This document shows positions 19,809 through 29,718 of a stretch of DNA of 64,000 nt, one piece after another; position 1 is the stretch's first letter, and each line of letters starts with the position of its first letter. The stretch lies in the NCBI GenBank assembly GCA_043808155.1, contig JAZDFD010000023.1:1-64000 (forward strand), read 5' to 3'. The stretch comes from Candidatus Iainarchaeum sp. (lineage in GTDB: Archaea > Iainarchaeota > Iainarchaeia > Iainarchaeales > JAZDFD01). Position numbers and translations under genes: made by a program. Below the pieces are notes generated by a model. The model was not told the origin of the DNA, searched no databases, and saw nothing but the letters and a program-made list of their open reading frames with translations.

Positions 19809-22100
19809 GTGATATTTATGAAAATAGGGGGCTATACTGTCGGAGATTATACTGTAAAGGAAGAAGGGGAGAAGAGACACCTGATTTTTGACTGTAAAAA
19901 CTGTCCTTATTCTGCTTCAATTTCAGATGATGAAGCCTGCAGATATCACGTAATTTCGATTCTGCAGGACGTAGAAGCAAATCTCGTTGTTCTGGCAGAA
20001 GTTTATGAACGTATCTACAATGAAGATCAGACAAAAATGCTTATTGAAATATCAAACCTTGTACAAAAATTTGAGGTTGAAAGTGTCTGGAGCTATAAAC
20101 ACTTAGGAACCGCAGGAACAGAATGTGAAAAAAAATTCCCTGACAGACACAATATTATTGTAAGAATTGCACATGATCTTCTTGCATATGATCCTATTGC
20201 AACTTATATTTCCTGCTTAAAAGAATTAAAACGTGAGCAAAGACAAATTGAAGAATCATCTGATTCATACAAACAATGTACACGCCCTTACATACAAACT
20301 TTAACTTACATAAAACAAAAACTTGAAGAAGCCGAAATGGTAAAAAAGTCAATGAACTTTATAAATAAATTGCAGGATGTATCTGACACAAAACAATTAT
20401 ATCATTCTTTATTTGAAGTTGACCTTAAACCAAGTTTTATTGGCTCGCGTTTAATGTTTGGAGACTCAGAACAACTTTCACTGTTAGATGAATACGCTGT
20501 TAAAGAATCTAACGTTCAGGTTTTTTCACATCCTGATAAAACTGAAAAATTATATTTTATCAATCCTCCGGAATACACATTAGCACCTGATAAATATTTT
20601 GTTTTAAGTAAAACTCGTGAAATTGTTGCGGGTTACCAGCCAGGAAGAACTGCATTAAGCACTGTTGCAAAAAGCAGAAAATATTTTGAAAGAATTTATC
20701 AATCCACAATTAAAGATGTTGCAAAAGAAAATCAAATTGATATTACAAAAGATGAAATTTCTGAACTTGCAAAAATTGTTGCGCGTTACACTGTTGGTTA
20801 CGGAGTTTTAGAATTACTTCTTTCAGATAGAAACATAACAGATATTTATTTGGATTCGCCAATTGGACAAAAACCAATTTATATTGTTCATGCTGATTAT
20901 GGTCAGTGTCAGACAAATATTATTTACACATTAAATGAAGCAGAATCATTAATTTCAAAAATACGTGCAATGTCAGGCAGACCTTTTGATGAAGCACACC
21001 CTGTATTAGATTTTGATTTACAGGAATTTGAAACAAGAGTTGCATTAATTGGAAAACCATTAGCACCTGAGGGTGCTGCATTTGCATTCCGTCTGCACAA
21101 AATGTCACCCTGGACAATGGAACAGTTTATTGATATAAAATATATCACGCCTTTAGCTGCGGGATTACTTAGTTTTTTCATTGATCAGCAGGCAACAACA
21201 TTAATTACTGGTTCAAGAGGTTCAGGAAAAACTTCATTGCTCAATGCATCTATTCTTGAAATTCCCCAGAATTCAAGGATAATTGTGCAGGAAGACACTT
21301 TAGAAATTGCAGTTCCTTATATGAAAAAAATAGGATTCAATATTCAAAGACTTAAAACCCGTTCCCCAATTTCAGTAAGCAAAACAGAAACTGAAGTTTC
21401 TGCTGCAGAAGCATTAAGAACTGCTTTGCGTTTAGGTGACTCTGCTTTGGTTTTGGGTGAAGTGAGATCAACAGAAGCAAAAGTCCTGTATGAAGCAATG
21501 CGTGTTGGTGCTGCAGGAAACGTTGTTTTAGGAACAATTCATGGTGATTCTGCATACAGTGTCTGGGATCGTGTTGTTAATGATCTTGAGGTTCCGAACA
21601 CGTCCTTTAAAGCAACCGATTTGGTTGTTGTTGCTCGTCCAATAAGATTTGCAGGTTCACTCACAAGAAACAGACGTGTTGTGCAGATGACAGAAGTAAA
21701 AAAACACTGGGTTGAAAATCCAGACGCAGAAGGCGGTCTGCTTGACTTAATGTTATATGATGCGAAAAAAGACAAATTAGAACTTTTAGAAGACAATCTG
21801 AAAGAATCAGAACTATTTGAAAAAATCGGCAGAGTTTCAGGATTATCAATGGAACAAATGTGGGCTGATATTAAAATGCGTGCAAAAGCAAAAGCATTCC
21901 TTGTAAGTTTGAAAGAAAAACACGCACTCCCTGTAATACTGGAAGCAGAAAATACTTCTCTTGCGAACAGCAAACTTCTAATAATTAAAGAAGAACAAAT
22001 TAATGAGTTCGGAAGTGTTAATTATGAAGAAGCATTAGGTAAATGGAAATACTGGGTAACAAACAATCTGCTCAAAAACTTAATTGTAAACAAAAAATAA
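19809..22100 (+). CDS. Type IV pilus/type II-IV secretion ATPase (VirB11/CpaF/FlaI family) with long N-terminal extension
   Basis: Walker A GSRGSGKT, EDTLE Asp box, LVLGEVR Walker B, GTIH His box; likely start ATG 19818. Confidence 0.92.
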   Translation: MIFMKIGGYTVGDYTVKEEGEKRHLIFDCKNCPYSASISDDEACRYHVISILQDVEANLVVLAEVYERIYNEDQTKMLIEISNLVQKFEVESVWSYKHLGTAGTECEKKFPDRHNIIVRIAHDLLAYDPIATYISCLKELKREQRQIEESSDSYKQCTRPYIQTLTYIKQKLEEAEMVKKSMNFINKLQDVSDTKQLYHSLFEVDLKPSFIGSRLMFGDSEQLSLLDEYAVKESNVQVFSHPDKTEKLYFINPPEYTLAPDKYFVLSKTREIVAGYQPGRTALSTVAKSRKYFERIYQSTIKDVAKENQIDITKDEISELAKIVARYTVGYGVLELLLSDRNITDIYLDSPIGQKPIYIVHADYGQCQTNIIYTLNEAESLISKIRAMSGRPFDEAHPVLDFDLQEFETRVALIGKPLAPEGAAFAFRLHKMSPWTMEQFIDIKYITPLAAGLLSFFIDQQATTLITGSRGSGKTSLLNASILEIPQNSRIIVQEDTLEIAVPYMKKIGFNIQRLKTRSPISVSKTETEVSAAEALRTALRLGDSALVLGEVRSTEAKVLYEAMRVGAAGNVVLGTIHGDSAYSVWDRVVNDLEVPNTSFKATDLVVVARPIRFAGSLTRNRRVVQMTEVKKHWVENPDAEGGLLDLMLYDAKKDKLELLEDNLKESELFEKIGRVSGLSMEQMWADIKMRAKAKAFLVSLKEKHALPVILEAENTSLANSKLLIIKEEQINEFGSVNYEEALGKWKYWVTNNLLKNLIVNKK

Positions 22101-22138
22101 TGTGAGACCAGAAAATGAAATGTGAGAACAGCAAATGA
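22099..22138 (+). repeat. Imperfect 20-bp tandem repeat between ATPase and tadC
   Basis: aatgtgagaccagaaaatga / aatgtgagaacagcaaatga. Confidence 0.6.
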
Positions 22139-22189
22139 AATAAATTGATAACCAAAAAATATTAACAAAAAAAAACGAAATGTGATTAA

Positions 22190-24526
22190 ATGCCTGAAAG
22201 AAAAAATAGAAAATCATTACTGAGACAGCTCTCGCCAGGTGAAATTTACAGAAACATTGTTGTACCAAGAAAGAAATTTGAATCTGGTGATAAACAACTT
22301 TTCAAAAGAAAAGAACCAGATTTTGTAATTTTCTGCAAAAACATTTATCACAAATTTCCTTCACTAGGGCAAAAAGCAAAATTCAAAAAATCACACGCAG
22401 AAGCAATTGATTTTTTAGGATGGGATTTAAAACCTGAAGAATTTGCAGCTGCAACAAAGTTTGTTCTAATTACATCCATTCTTATTGGTGCAGTTTTAGG
22501 CACTATAATTCTTGTAGTTCCGGATTTGTATGATATTGTTGCTGCACTTGCACAGATTTCTGCACTTGTACCAGTTTATATTTTTGGACCTGTAGTTATT
22601 GTTGCAGTATTTCTTGCAATGTATGTTGATAGTTACCCATTATCTGCTGCAAAAACGGAACAAACAAAAGCACTGACATATGTACCAGAAATTATTGGCT
22701 ACATGATTATGTCAATGAAATTAGTTCCAAACTTAGAAAAAGCAGTTGAATTTGCTGCCGAACATGGACGAGGAAAAATTTCAGATGATTTCAAAAAAAT
22801 GATGTGGGATATGCAATTAGGTGTTTACGTAAGTTTGTCAGAAGCACTTGACAGATTAGCATATCGCTGGGGGCACTTTTCTGATGAATTCAAAAGAGCA
22901 TTAATGAGATTACGTGCTTCTGTTCTTGAACCAACTGACTCTGCACGTTATGAACTTCTTGACAGAACAATGGACAACATATTGCTTTCAATAAAAGACA
23001 AAATGGAACAATATGCAAGGGATTTGCAGCAGCCAGCAATAATTCTTTTCTATTTGGGAATTCTTCTCCCATTAATTCTAATAATTATTTTACCAATTGG
23101 TTCTGCTTTTACTGGCGCAGCATTAGCAACACCAATGGTATTAATTCTCATTTACAATATTGCAATTCCTTTAGCTACACTCGCATTTGCAATGCACTTA
23201 GTTAAACAAAGACCACCCACATATGATCCTCCAATTATTCCGGATAATTATCCGACACTCCCTAAAAAATATCAGATGCTGCTTGGACGATCGTCATTTG
23301 ACATAAGAATGGTTATAGCACTTGTTCTCATTGTTGGTGTAGCCTCCTCTTTTGTACTTTCAACAGAAGGACTCCCTCCAAAATCAGTAGTTACATATCT
23401 TGATAAGACAATTACTAATCCTGATGATGTAAAATCCCAGCTTGTGCCATTTGATAAAACTAAAGCATATCTTTTGGGACTTGAAAGCAAACCCGAAACA
23501 TATTATGATGATGGGGGTGAGCGCTTTGTGGAATTACGCGCAAGAGGACAATCTATTGAACAAGCTGAAAAAATAGTTTCTGCAGAGAGAACTGATTTTT
23601 TCATGCAACCCGAAAACGATATTACACCATATATTTTAATTTTCGGTTTGCTTCTCACTTTCTCAATGTGCATTTATGTTTACTTACATTATACTTCAAT
23701 TTACAAGAGAAAAGTTCAGCTTGAAATAATGGAAATGGAATCTGAATTCAAAGAAAGTCTTTATGTTATTGCTTCACGCATGGGTGAAAACAAACCTGTT
23801 GAAGATGCACTAAGACATGCACGTGATTTCCTGCCTGACTTAATGATTTCAAAAAGAATTTTTGCAAGAACTGTTGAAAACATTGAAATGATGGGTATGC
23901 CTCTTGAAGCTGCAGTATTTGATGAATCCTATGGTTCTTTGAGAAACATTCCTTCGAATACAATTTTCACTTCAATGAAAATAATGATTGACTCGGTAAA
24001 TTTAGGAGTTAATGTTGCTTCACGTTCTTTAATTTCACTTTCATTGCAGTTAAATAACTCTGAACGTGTTGCAAAAATGCTGAAAACATTAGTTTCTGAC
24101 ATTACACAAATGATGAAAACAATGGCAATTTATATTGCACCAGTTGTGCTTGGGATAACTACATCTTTACAAAAAGTTGTAATGCTTACATTAGCTTCAA
24201 TTACAAGTGCAGGTGTTCTTAATCAGCTTGGAGAACTTTCTGACATTCCAGGTTCATCAAATCTTGGTGGTTTTAATCCTGAAAGTATTGGTTTCGGAGT
24301 AACTACTGAAGTTTTCCAGACAATGGTACAACCATGGCAGTTTATTTTAATTGTTGCAGTTTATGTTGCACAACTTGTTGTAATTCTTACATTTTTCACA
24401 ACACGCATTGAAGAAGATAACACATTACTTGCAAGACTTAATATTGCAAAAGCCCTCCCAATTGCAATGGTTATTTTCATTATTGCAACACTAGTGTCTA
24501 ACTTGCTTGTTTCAGGTTTTATGTGA
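22190..24526 (+). CDS. Type IV pilus membrane platform protein (TadB/TadC/FlaJ-like, two T2SS-F domains)
   Basis: Two T2SS-F-like halves (NLEKAVEFAA...LSEAL; PVEDAL...PLEAA), each followed by TM bundles; directly downstream of the ATPase. Confidence 0.85.
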   Translation: MPERKNRKSLLRQLSPGEIYRNIVVPRKKFESGDKQLFKRKEPDFVIFCKNIYHKFPSLGQKAKFKKSHAEAIDFLGWDLKPEEFAAATKFVLITSILIGAVLGTIILVVPDLYDIVAALAQISALVPVYIFGPVVIVAVFLAMYVDSYPLSAAKTEQTKALTYVPEIIGYMIMSMKLVPNLEKAVEFAAEHGRGKISDDFKKMMWDMQLGVYVSLSEALDRLAYRWGHFSDEFKRALMRLRASVLEPTDSARYELLDRTMDNILLSIKDKMEQYARDLQQPAIILFYLGILLPLILIIILPIGSAFTGAALATPMVLILIYNIAIPLATLAFAMHLVKQRPPTYDPPIIPDNYPTLPKKYQMLLGRSSFDIRMVIALVLIVGVASSFVLSTEGLPPKSVVTYLDKTITNPDDVKSQLVPFDKTKAYLLGLESKPETYYDDGGERFVELRARGQSIEQAEKIVSAERTDFFMQPENDITPYILIFGLLLTFSMCIYVYLHYTSIYKRKVQLEIMEMESEFKESLYVIASRMGENKPVEDALRHARDFLPDLMISKRIFARTVENIEMMGMPLEAAVFDESYGSLRNIPSNTIFTSMKIMIDSVNLGVNVASRSLISLSLQLNNSERVAKMLKTLVSDITQMMKTMAIYIAPVVLGITTSLQKVVMLTLASITSAGVLNQLGELSDIPGSSNLGGFNPESIGFGVTTEVFQTMVQPWQFILIVAVYVAQLVVILTFFTTRIEEDNTLLARLNIAKALPIAMVIFIIATLVSNLLVSGFM

Positions 24527-25872
24527 TTCTCACTAAAAACCACACCCCTTCAGGCAGTGGATAAAGCATGTCATTTCACTGGAAATGTACTCTTCCCTTT
24601 CTATATATAAATACCTGAAATCTCATTTTAAAATGCAGCTTGTAAAAACTATAAAAGTGAAAATCCACAAACCAACTAATGTAAAAAAGCAGTTTCTGGA
24701 ACTAATACAAGAAAATGCAAAAGTCCTAAACCACTACATTCAAACTATGAAAAAGCATAAAACAACAAGCAAAACAGAATTGCACAAGCTAATCTATCAG
24801 GAGCTCCGCAATACTAGCACGTTGCCGTCAGCAATAATACAAACCTCAAGAGATAAAGCAATTGAAGCATACAAATCCTACAAGCGAAAAAAGAAGTACA
24901 ACTATAAAGCATCTCCGCCAAAATTTAATTCCAATGCACCAGTGCGCTTAGATAAAAGAACGTTCTCTCTAATCGAAACAAACAACAAACTAAAGTATTT
25001 TGCAGCAATAACAACAAACAATGAACGAATCCATGTTCCATTATTAGGGCAGCGCTATCAGTACAAATACCTAAAAAAGATACTAAACAATGAGCTGCAA
25101 TGCGGAACAGTAGAATTGCTAAAGAAAGAAAAGGATTTTTACCTTTACATTGCAGTAAAAAAAGAAATTGACGTAAATACTCCAAATAAAGAATCCATTC
25201 CAATCGGCGTAGATTTGGGTTTGATAAATATTTCAACTTCCGTGATTTTGAAAGACAAGCCAAGCTGCATAAAATTTTACAAAGGAAACAAAGCAATAGC
25301 AAAAAGAAATTATTTTGCTGCTTTCAGACAATCTCTAGGAAAAGCAAAGAAACTTTGGCGAATAAAAAAAACTAAAGAGAAAGAGAGTAGATATATGCGA
25401 GACTTAAATCATAAAGTATCAAACTCAATAGTGCAGCAGGCACTTACAGTAGAAAACCCAGTAATAGTAATGGAAAACCTCAAACACATAAGGCAGAGAA
25501 TAAAAGCAAACAAAAAGCTAAACAAACATCTTCACAATTGGAGCTTTTCACAATTACAGAGCTTCATTGAATACAAAGCGCATTGGCAGGGAATTCCTAT
25601 AATGTATGTCTCCCCAAAATACACTAGTCAAAGATGCAGCAAATGCAGTCATACAGAAAAAACCAATAGAAAAGGAAAAACATTCAGGTGCAAAAAATGC
25701 AGCTATGAATTGAATGCAGATTTAAATGCTGCGATAAACATAGCTCAGAATTATAAAAACTTTGCCTCTAGCTATATGTTAGAGGAAATGGGTAATGTGG
25801 CAATGCCCCCTAACCCTGCAGGCTAAAGCTTATCAGGGAACCCCCATGTCTAAAGGCGTGGGAGGATGTCAC
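24523..25872 (+). mobile_element. IS200/IS605-family, tnpB-only (IS1341-like) element
   Basis: tnpB with subterminal hairpins: left ccac..cc-ttca-gg..gtgg (24540-24560) and right cccatgtc-taaa-ggcgtggg (25843-25862), ending in TCAC (25869-25872). No tnpA. The left boundary is 24523 or about 24528. Confidence 0.8.
24633..25826 (+). CDS. tnpB: RNA-guided endonuclease TnpB
   Basis: RuvC-I IGVDLG, RuvC-II IVMENL, zinc finger CSKC...CKKC, RuvC-III NADLNAA. The ORF track starts at 24585, but ATG 24633 after a TATA-like box is more likely. Confidence 0.92.
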   Translation: MQLVKTIKVKIHKPTNVKKQFLELIQENAKVLNHYIQTMKKHKTTSKTELHKLIYQELRNTSTLPSAIIQTSRDKAIEAYKSYKRKKKYNYKASPPKFNSNAPVRLDKRTFSLIETNNKLKYFAAITTNNERIHVPLLGQRYQYKYLKKILNNELQCGTVELLKKEKDFYLYIAVKKEIDVNTPNKESIPIGVDLGLINISTSVILKDKPSCIKFYKGNKAIAKRNYFAAFRQSLGKAKKLWRIKKTKEKESRYMRDLNHKVSNSIVQQALTVENPVIVMENLKHIRQRIKANKKLNKHLHNWSFSQLQSFIEYKAHWQGIPIMYVSPKYTSQRCSKCSHTEKTNRKGKTFRCKKCSYELNADLNAAINIAQNYKNFASSYMLEEMGNVAMPPNPAG

Positions 25873-25885
25873 GTGAGATGATTAA

Positions 25886-26326
25886 TTGAAACTGAGAATT
25901 AATAAAACAGGCCAGATGTTTGAAGGTTACAGATTAATAATCGGAGCAATAATGGCAATAATGATTTTAGTAATTATTCTTGGAATGATTACTTATCTCC
26001 AAAATATTCAAATGCAAATAAGCCAAGAAAGAATGTATGATGGTTTAAAAGCTGCAAAAAAAACCCCTGATGGAAGTGTTGTTGTAAGGGAAAACTTGAT
26101 CTTTACGGATGGGCAAAGTTATTCTCAGAATTCATTTGCAAATCAGATAAATCTGGCTAGTGAATGTGTAACTATTCAATCAAAAGACAGCAGTGCCTAT
26201 GAACTACTTGCTACTGGCACTTTAAACATAAATACCTATCAAACAACTAATGTATACTTCAAATGTTTCATGGGCGGAGATTGTGACATTACTTGTGTTG
26301 TTTCTTTCGGAAAACCGTTTGAGTAA
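25886..26326 (+). CDS. Pilin-like protein (class III signal peptide)
   Basis: INKTG|QMFEGYRLIIGAIMAIMILVIILGMI. Confidence 0.8.
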   Translation: MKLRINKTGQMFEGYRLIIGAIMAIMILVIILGMITYLQNIQMQISQERMYDGLKAAKKTPDGSVVVRENLIFTDGQSYSQNSFANQINLASECVTIQSKDSSAYELLATGTLNINTYQTTNVYFKCFMGGDCDITCVVSFGKPFE

Positions 26327-26337
26327 CCCAGAGAAAT

Positions 26338-26389
26338 GTTTAAATATCTGAAAGCTTTCTTCTTATCATACTTTAATATAGGTGATTAA
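26338..26389 (+). promoter_or_regulatory. Promoter (TATA box TTTAAATA) and GGTGA RBS of first duplicated pilin
   Basis: Nearly identical to 26977-27027. Confidence 0.65.
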
Positions 26390-26935
26390 ATGGTGAGAAA
26401 ATTTATGAACAACAAGGGGCAGGCATATTCCACATTCCAGCTTCTTATTGCAGCTGTAATTGCAATGGCTATTCTAGTAATACTTATTCCAATCATTATG
26501 CAGGTTATGGGAATCATTACCTCCGACCCTACTGATGAAACAAAAAGAATGCTAAGCAATGCTGTTGATAACCCAAGTGCACTGCAATATACACCTGAAG
26601 TTGCATTTGAACCAGGTGATGTTCTTGCTGCACAGGCAATAACTGAACGAACAGGCATTGCAAAAGACCAAGTATGTATGGGTGCATTAGATTTCGGGGA
26701 TGAAGGTGAAGATGATGATTTTGAAGTACTGAAGGATGATGCTGCACATAGAATACTGTATCACGGTACTGGAACAAAAACAGTAAAAATTGCAATTGTC
26801 TGTAATGTAAGTTTAGAGGACCTTGAAGACGATATTGCAGCATATGGTTTGGACGACAAAATCACACTTGACGACTGCCCAGAAACATGCCAGGAAGGCG
26901 GAACCTGCTGTGCAGTAATCTTAAAGAGAACTTAA
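26390..26935 (+). CDS. Pilin, probable major pilin paralog 1
   Basis: MNNKG|QAYSTFQLLIAAVIAMAILVIL; has its own promoter and terminator; C-terminal Cys cluster. Confidence 0.82.
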   Translation: MVRKFMNNKGQAYSTFQLLIAAVIAMAILVILIPIIMQVMGIITSDPTDETKRMLSNAVDNPSALQYTPEVAFEPGDVLAAQAITERTGIAKDQVCMGALDFGDEGEDDDFEVLKDDAAHRILYHGTGTKTVKIAIVCNVSLEDLEDDIAAYGLDDKITLDDCPETCQEGGTCCAVILKRT

Positions 26936-26936
26936 C

Positions 26937-26969
26937 TAGTCTAATTCTCTTTTTCTTTTTTCTTTTCTT
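26937..26969 (+). terminator. Oligo-T archaeal terminator (copy 1)
   Basis: tagtctaattctctttttcttttttcttttctt, identical to 27562-27594. Confidence 0.65.
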
Positions 26970-26976
26970 ACCAAAA

Positions 26977-27027
26977 GTTTAAATATCTGAAAGCTTTATT
27001 CTTGTCATAATTAATATAGGTGATTAA
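26977..27027 (+). promoter_or_regulatory. Promoter and RBS of second duplicated pilin
   Basis: gtttaaatatctgaaagcttt...taatataggtgattaaATG, a copy of 26338-26389. Confidence 0.65.
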
Positions 27028-27564
27028 ATGGCATTAAAATTAATGAATCAAAAAGGTCAGGAATTTTCTGCTTTCAAACTTTTAATTTCAGCAATTGTTG
27101 CTGTTGCAATTTTGGCAATATTGATTCCATTACTTACTGGTGATTGGTTCGATCAAGATCCTAATGTAAAAGTTAAGCAGCTGATTGGTCAGGCAGTAGG
27201 TAATCCAAGTGCTATTCAAACATATGACGACATCACTTTTAAGAATGGGAACTCGATTTCTGCAGCTTCAATAATGTCAGATTCAGGGTTATCGTCAAAT
27301 CAAGTTTGTATGGGTATTAATAAGTTTGAAAATCAAGATTTCAGATTGATTGGCGGCGCCTCAAGCGAGAGCGGATATTATCGTATAATCTATGATGGTG
27401 GTAGTGACAAAAAAGTAAAAGTCATTGTTTTATGTGATACTGATTCAGAAGCGCTTGTCAATGACATTGTAGATTATAGCCACGATGACAAAATTAACAC
27501 TTCTGATTGTGATATTTGCGAAGGTCAGGGAAGTTGCTGTGCAGTAATGCTTGACTTCCGATAG
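27028..27564 (+). CDS. Pilin, probable major pilin paralog 2
   Basis: MNQKG|QEFSAFKLLISAIVAVAILAIL; shares NPSA.Q, QVCMG, DDKI and CCAV.L with 26390..26935. Confidence 0.82.
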   Translation: MALKLMNQKGQEFSAFKLLISAIVAVAILAILIPLLTGDWFDQDPNVKVKQLIGQAVGNPSAIQTYDDITFKNGNSISAASIMSDSGLSSNQVCMGINKFENQDFRLIGGASSESGYYRIIYDGGSDKKVKVIVLCDTDSEALVNDIVDYSHDDKINTSDCDICEGQGSCCAVMLDFR

Positions 27565-27594
27565 TCTAATTCTCTTTTTCTTTTTTCTTTTCTT
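27562..27594 (+). terminator. Oligo-T archaeal terminator (copy 2)
   Basis: Identical 33 bp to 26937-26969. Confidence 0.65.
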
Positions 27595-27632
27595 CCAGAA
27601 CGTTTAAATACTTCTTTTTGGCTTCTATTATT

Positions 27633-27806
27633 ATGGATCTTTTTGAACTGATTTCAGAGGAAAAAGCGCAGAGTGAATGGAATTCAGTTTACATGTTGAT
27701 TGTGCTTGTTATTGCGGCCTTACTTCTAATTATGGTTGTAAAACCAATGTTTCAGCAGACTGGAAAAGTAATTTCAAAAACAACACCTTCTGCAAGCACT
27801 GGGTGA
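27633..27806 (+). CDS. Small Flp-sized pilin-like peptide
   Basis: MDLFELISEEKA|QSEWNSVYMLIVLVIAALLLIMVV; ATG 27633 preferred over TTG 27618. Confidence 0.7.
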   Translation: MDLFELISEEKAQSEWNSVYMLIVLVIAALLLIMVVKPMFQQTGKVISKTTPSASTG

Positions 27807-27811
27807 CCTCC

Positions 27812-28411
27812 ATGAATCAAAAAGGGCAGGAGTCAGCACCTTTTGAGTTGCTGGTTGCAGTTATAATTATGGGATTTGTAATGTTTGTTGGAATTTATGC
27901 AATGTCAAATCTGCAGAGAGAACAATGCTATAATGAAACACAAAAAACAATTCAGGATTTTTCAAGAACATTGGAAGAAGTTGCAACAACTCCTGGTCAT
28001 ATTAAAAGCTACAACCTCGCATTTCCAAGTGGCTGTGGTGCGGGAACAAAAAAGAAAGTAACTATTAACGATGTAGAACAATATACTGAACAACTTTTCC
28101 TAAGAGCATGGTCAAAGCCAGAGTTTTGTGCAACTAATTGCGAATCGTCAGGTTCTTTGTGTGTAATGCTCCATTATTTTATGGCTGAAGGCGGCGGCGT
28201 TATTAAATGTATCAACATCCCTCCTGATACTGTGTTTCCCGACGATGTATCGGGAGAATGCACTGACAAAAGCGATGAAACACCAGCTTACAAATTAATT
28301 GATGTGCGTGTTGACATCCCTGAAGGATATTATCTTTTTCAGAATAAAAGTTCACCAAATTCCACAAATCCTGTGATTTGTGCATATGTAAGAATGGCTT
28401 CTAACAATTGA
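27812..28411 (+). CDS. Minor pilin-like protein
   Basis: MNQKG|QESAPFELLVAVIIMGFVMFVGI; ATG 27812 follows a GGGTGA RBS (the ORF-track start 27677 overlaps the previous gene). Confidence 0.8.
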   Translation: MNQKGQESAPFELLVAVIIMGFVMFVGIYAMSNLQREQCYNETQKTIQDFSRTLEEVATTPGHIKSYNLAFPSGCGAGTKKKVTINDVEQYTEQLFLRAWSKPEFCATNCESSGSLCVMLHYFMAEGGGVIKCINIPPDTVFPDDVSGECTDKSDETPAYKLIDVRVDIPEGYYLFQNKSSPNSTNPVICAYVRMASNN

Positions 28412-29181
28412 TGATATTTATGATGGGATTTACTTTAAGCAAGTTAAATATGCTGATTTTCGTTACATCTATTTTTGTAATTGTAACTTTTTTCATGTCG
28501 CATTTAGCACCTTTAGCAATCCAGGTTAAAGCAAATCAGCAGGTAAATAAAGTTGCACAGTTAGTTTCAGATAAAGAAAATGCACAAACAGTCTGCGCAG
28601 GCGGGAAAATTTTAATGCCGCAGGACTTCACATATTTCGGAAGCAGTGCACTTTCAGGAAAAAGATTTTTTTATACAATGCGAATTTCAAAAATTGAACG
28701 TCCCGAGCCTGATGGACTAAATAGAATAATTTTCAAAATTCTTGAAAGAGGAACAGACAAACTAATTGCTGCGGACATTGTTCACACTACTGCAGATGTA
28801 AGAATTTTTGGCTGGGAACTTAATTATTTTAAAACCGGGGACAAGGAAGTTAAATGGGTTACTGACTCAACAGATCTTGAAGATATTGAAAGCGAAGGCT
28901 ACTATGCAGAAATTGATTCTCAAAAAGGATATCTTTTAGCTCCACCAGACACACTTTATGTAATAAAAGAAAATTATGAAGGCAAAGATACAATTTATCT
29001 TTTTACATGCCCCTCAACTTTGTGTGCTACCCGTATTGGTTCTTCAAGTGCAGATTCTGATTTAGCAGGCACGCAGACAATAAGTAAAATTATTTCTGAT
29101 GAAAGAAGCGGACTCACACCAGTATGTATTGATGTTGCAGAATATGTCCCTGATGATTATTATCTGTACAACGCAAGTTAG
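28408..29181 (+). CDS. Pilus-associated protein with N-terminal hydrophobic helix
   Basis: Overlaps the previous stop; LNMLIFVTSIFVIVTFFM; no clear class III cleavage site. Confidence 0.7.
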   Translation: MMIFMMGFTLSKLNMLIFVTSIFVIVTFFMSHLAPLAIQVKANQQVNKVAQLVSDKENAQTVCAGGKILMPQDFTYFGSSALSGKRFFYTMRISKIERPEPDGLNRIIFKILERGTDKLIAADIVHTTADVRIFGWELNYFKTGDKEVKWVTDSTDLEDIESEGYYAEIDSQKGYLLAPPDTLYVIKENYEGKDTIYLFTCPSTLCATRIGSSSADSDLAGTQTISKIISDERSGLTPVCIDVAEYVPDDYYLYNAS

Positions 29182-29190
29182 TGATAACAA

Positions 29191-29718
29191 ATGAAATTAA
29201 AAAATGAAAAAGGATTCTTAGGTCCATTAGGTGATGATTTACCATCGCTTATTCCTTTACTTTTTGCATTAGTTATTTTCTTTTCTGCATTCACCAGTGC
29301 ATTTAACACATTTGATAAAAAAAATTCTGCATTTCAGGCAGAATTGGAAGTTTCTTCTATTGCAGCTAAACTGGTTGCTGATTCTTATATTGAAGGTTAT
29401 GATGGTTTTCAGTTGCTCTGCAAGAAAGTAGCTGCATCTGATGTGAAATACAAAGCAGGCATTATTGAACTGCCTTTGGGAATTGATGACGATGTTCCCA
29501 CAATAAATCCTTTAAATCCTGAATTTTATTATTTTCCAACAGAAGATGAAAAATTTGAATGCCCTGAGGGTGGTGAAAACCCAACTGAAAATAGCAGAAA
29601 TCTTATGGTAAGAGTTTATCCTATTGCACTTGAACTTAAAGATGATACAAAAATAAAAATTGCAAGTGGTTTTATTGTAAGACCAATGATTTTGGTGGTG
29701 ATTACATGGAACGATTAA
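29191..29718 (+). CDS. Minor pilin-like protein
   Basis: MKLKNEKG|FLGPLGDDLPSLIPLLFALVIFF. Confidence 0.75.
   Translation: MKLKNEKGFLGPLGDDLPSLIPLLFALVIFFSAFTSAFNTFDKKNSAFQAELEVSSIAAKLVADSYIEGYDGFQLLCKKVAASDVKYKAGIIELPLGIDDDVPTINPLNPEFYYFPTEDEKFECPEGGENPTENSRNLMVRVYPIALELKDDTKIKIASGFIVRPMILVVITWND

Noticed and set aside
24603-24625. Similarity of the tnpB upstream sequence (taaatacctgaaatct) to the pilin promoters (taaatatctgaaagct)
   Set aside because: Short and AT-rich; adequately explained as a generic TATA-box context.
24585-25826. Cas12f/Cas14 effector or catalytically dead TnpB regulator
   Set aside because: No adjacent array; IS-type hairpin ends are present; all RuvC acidic residues are intact.
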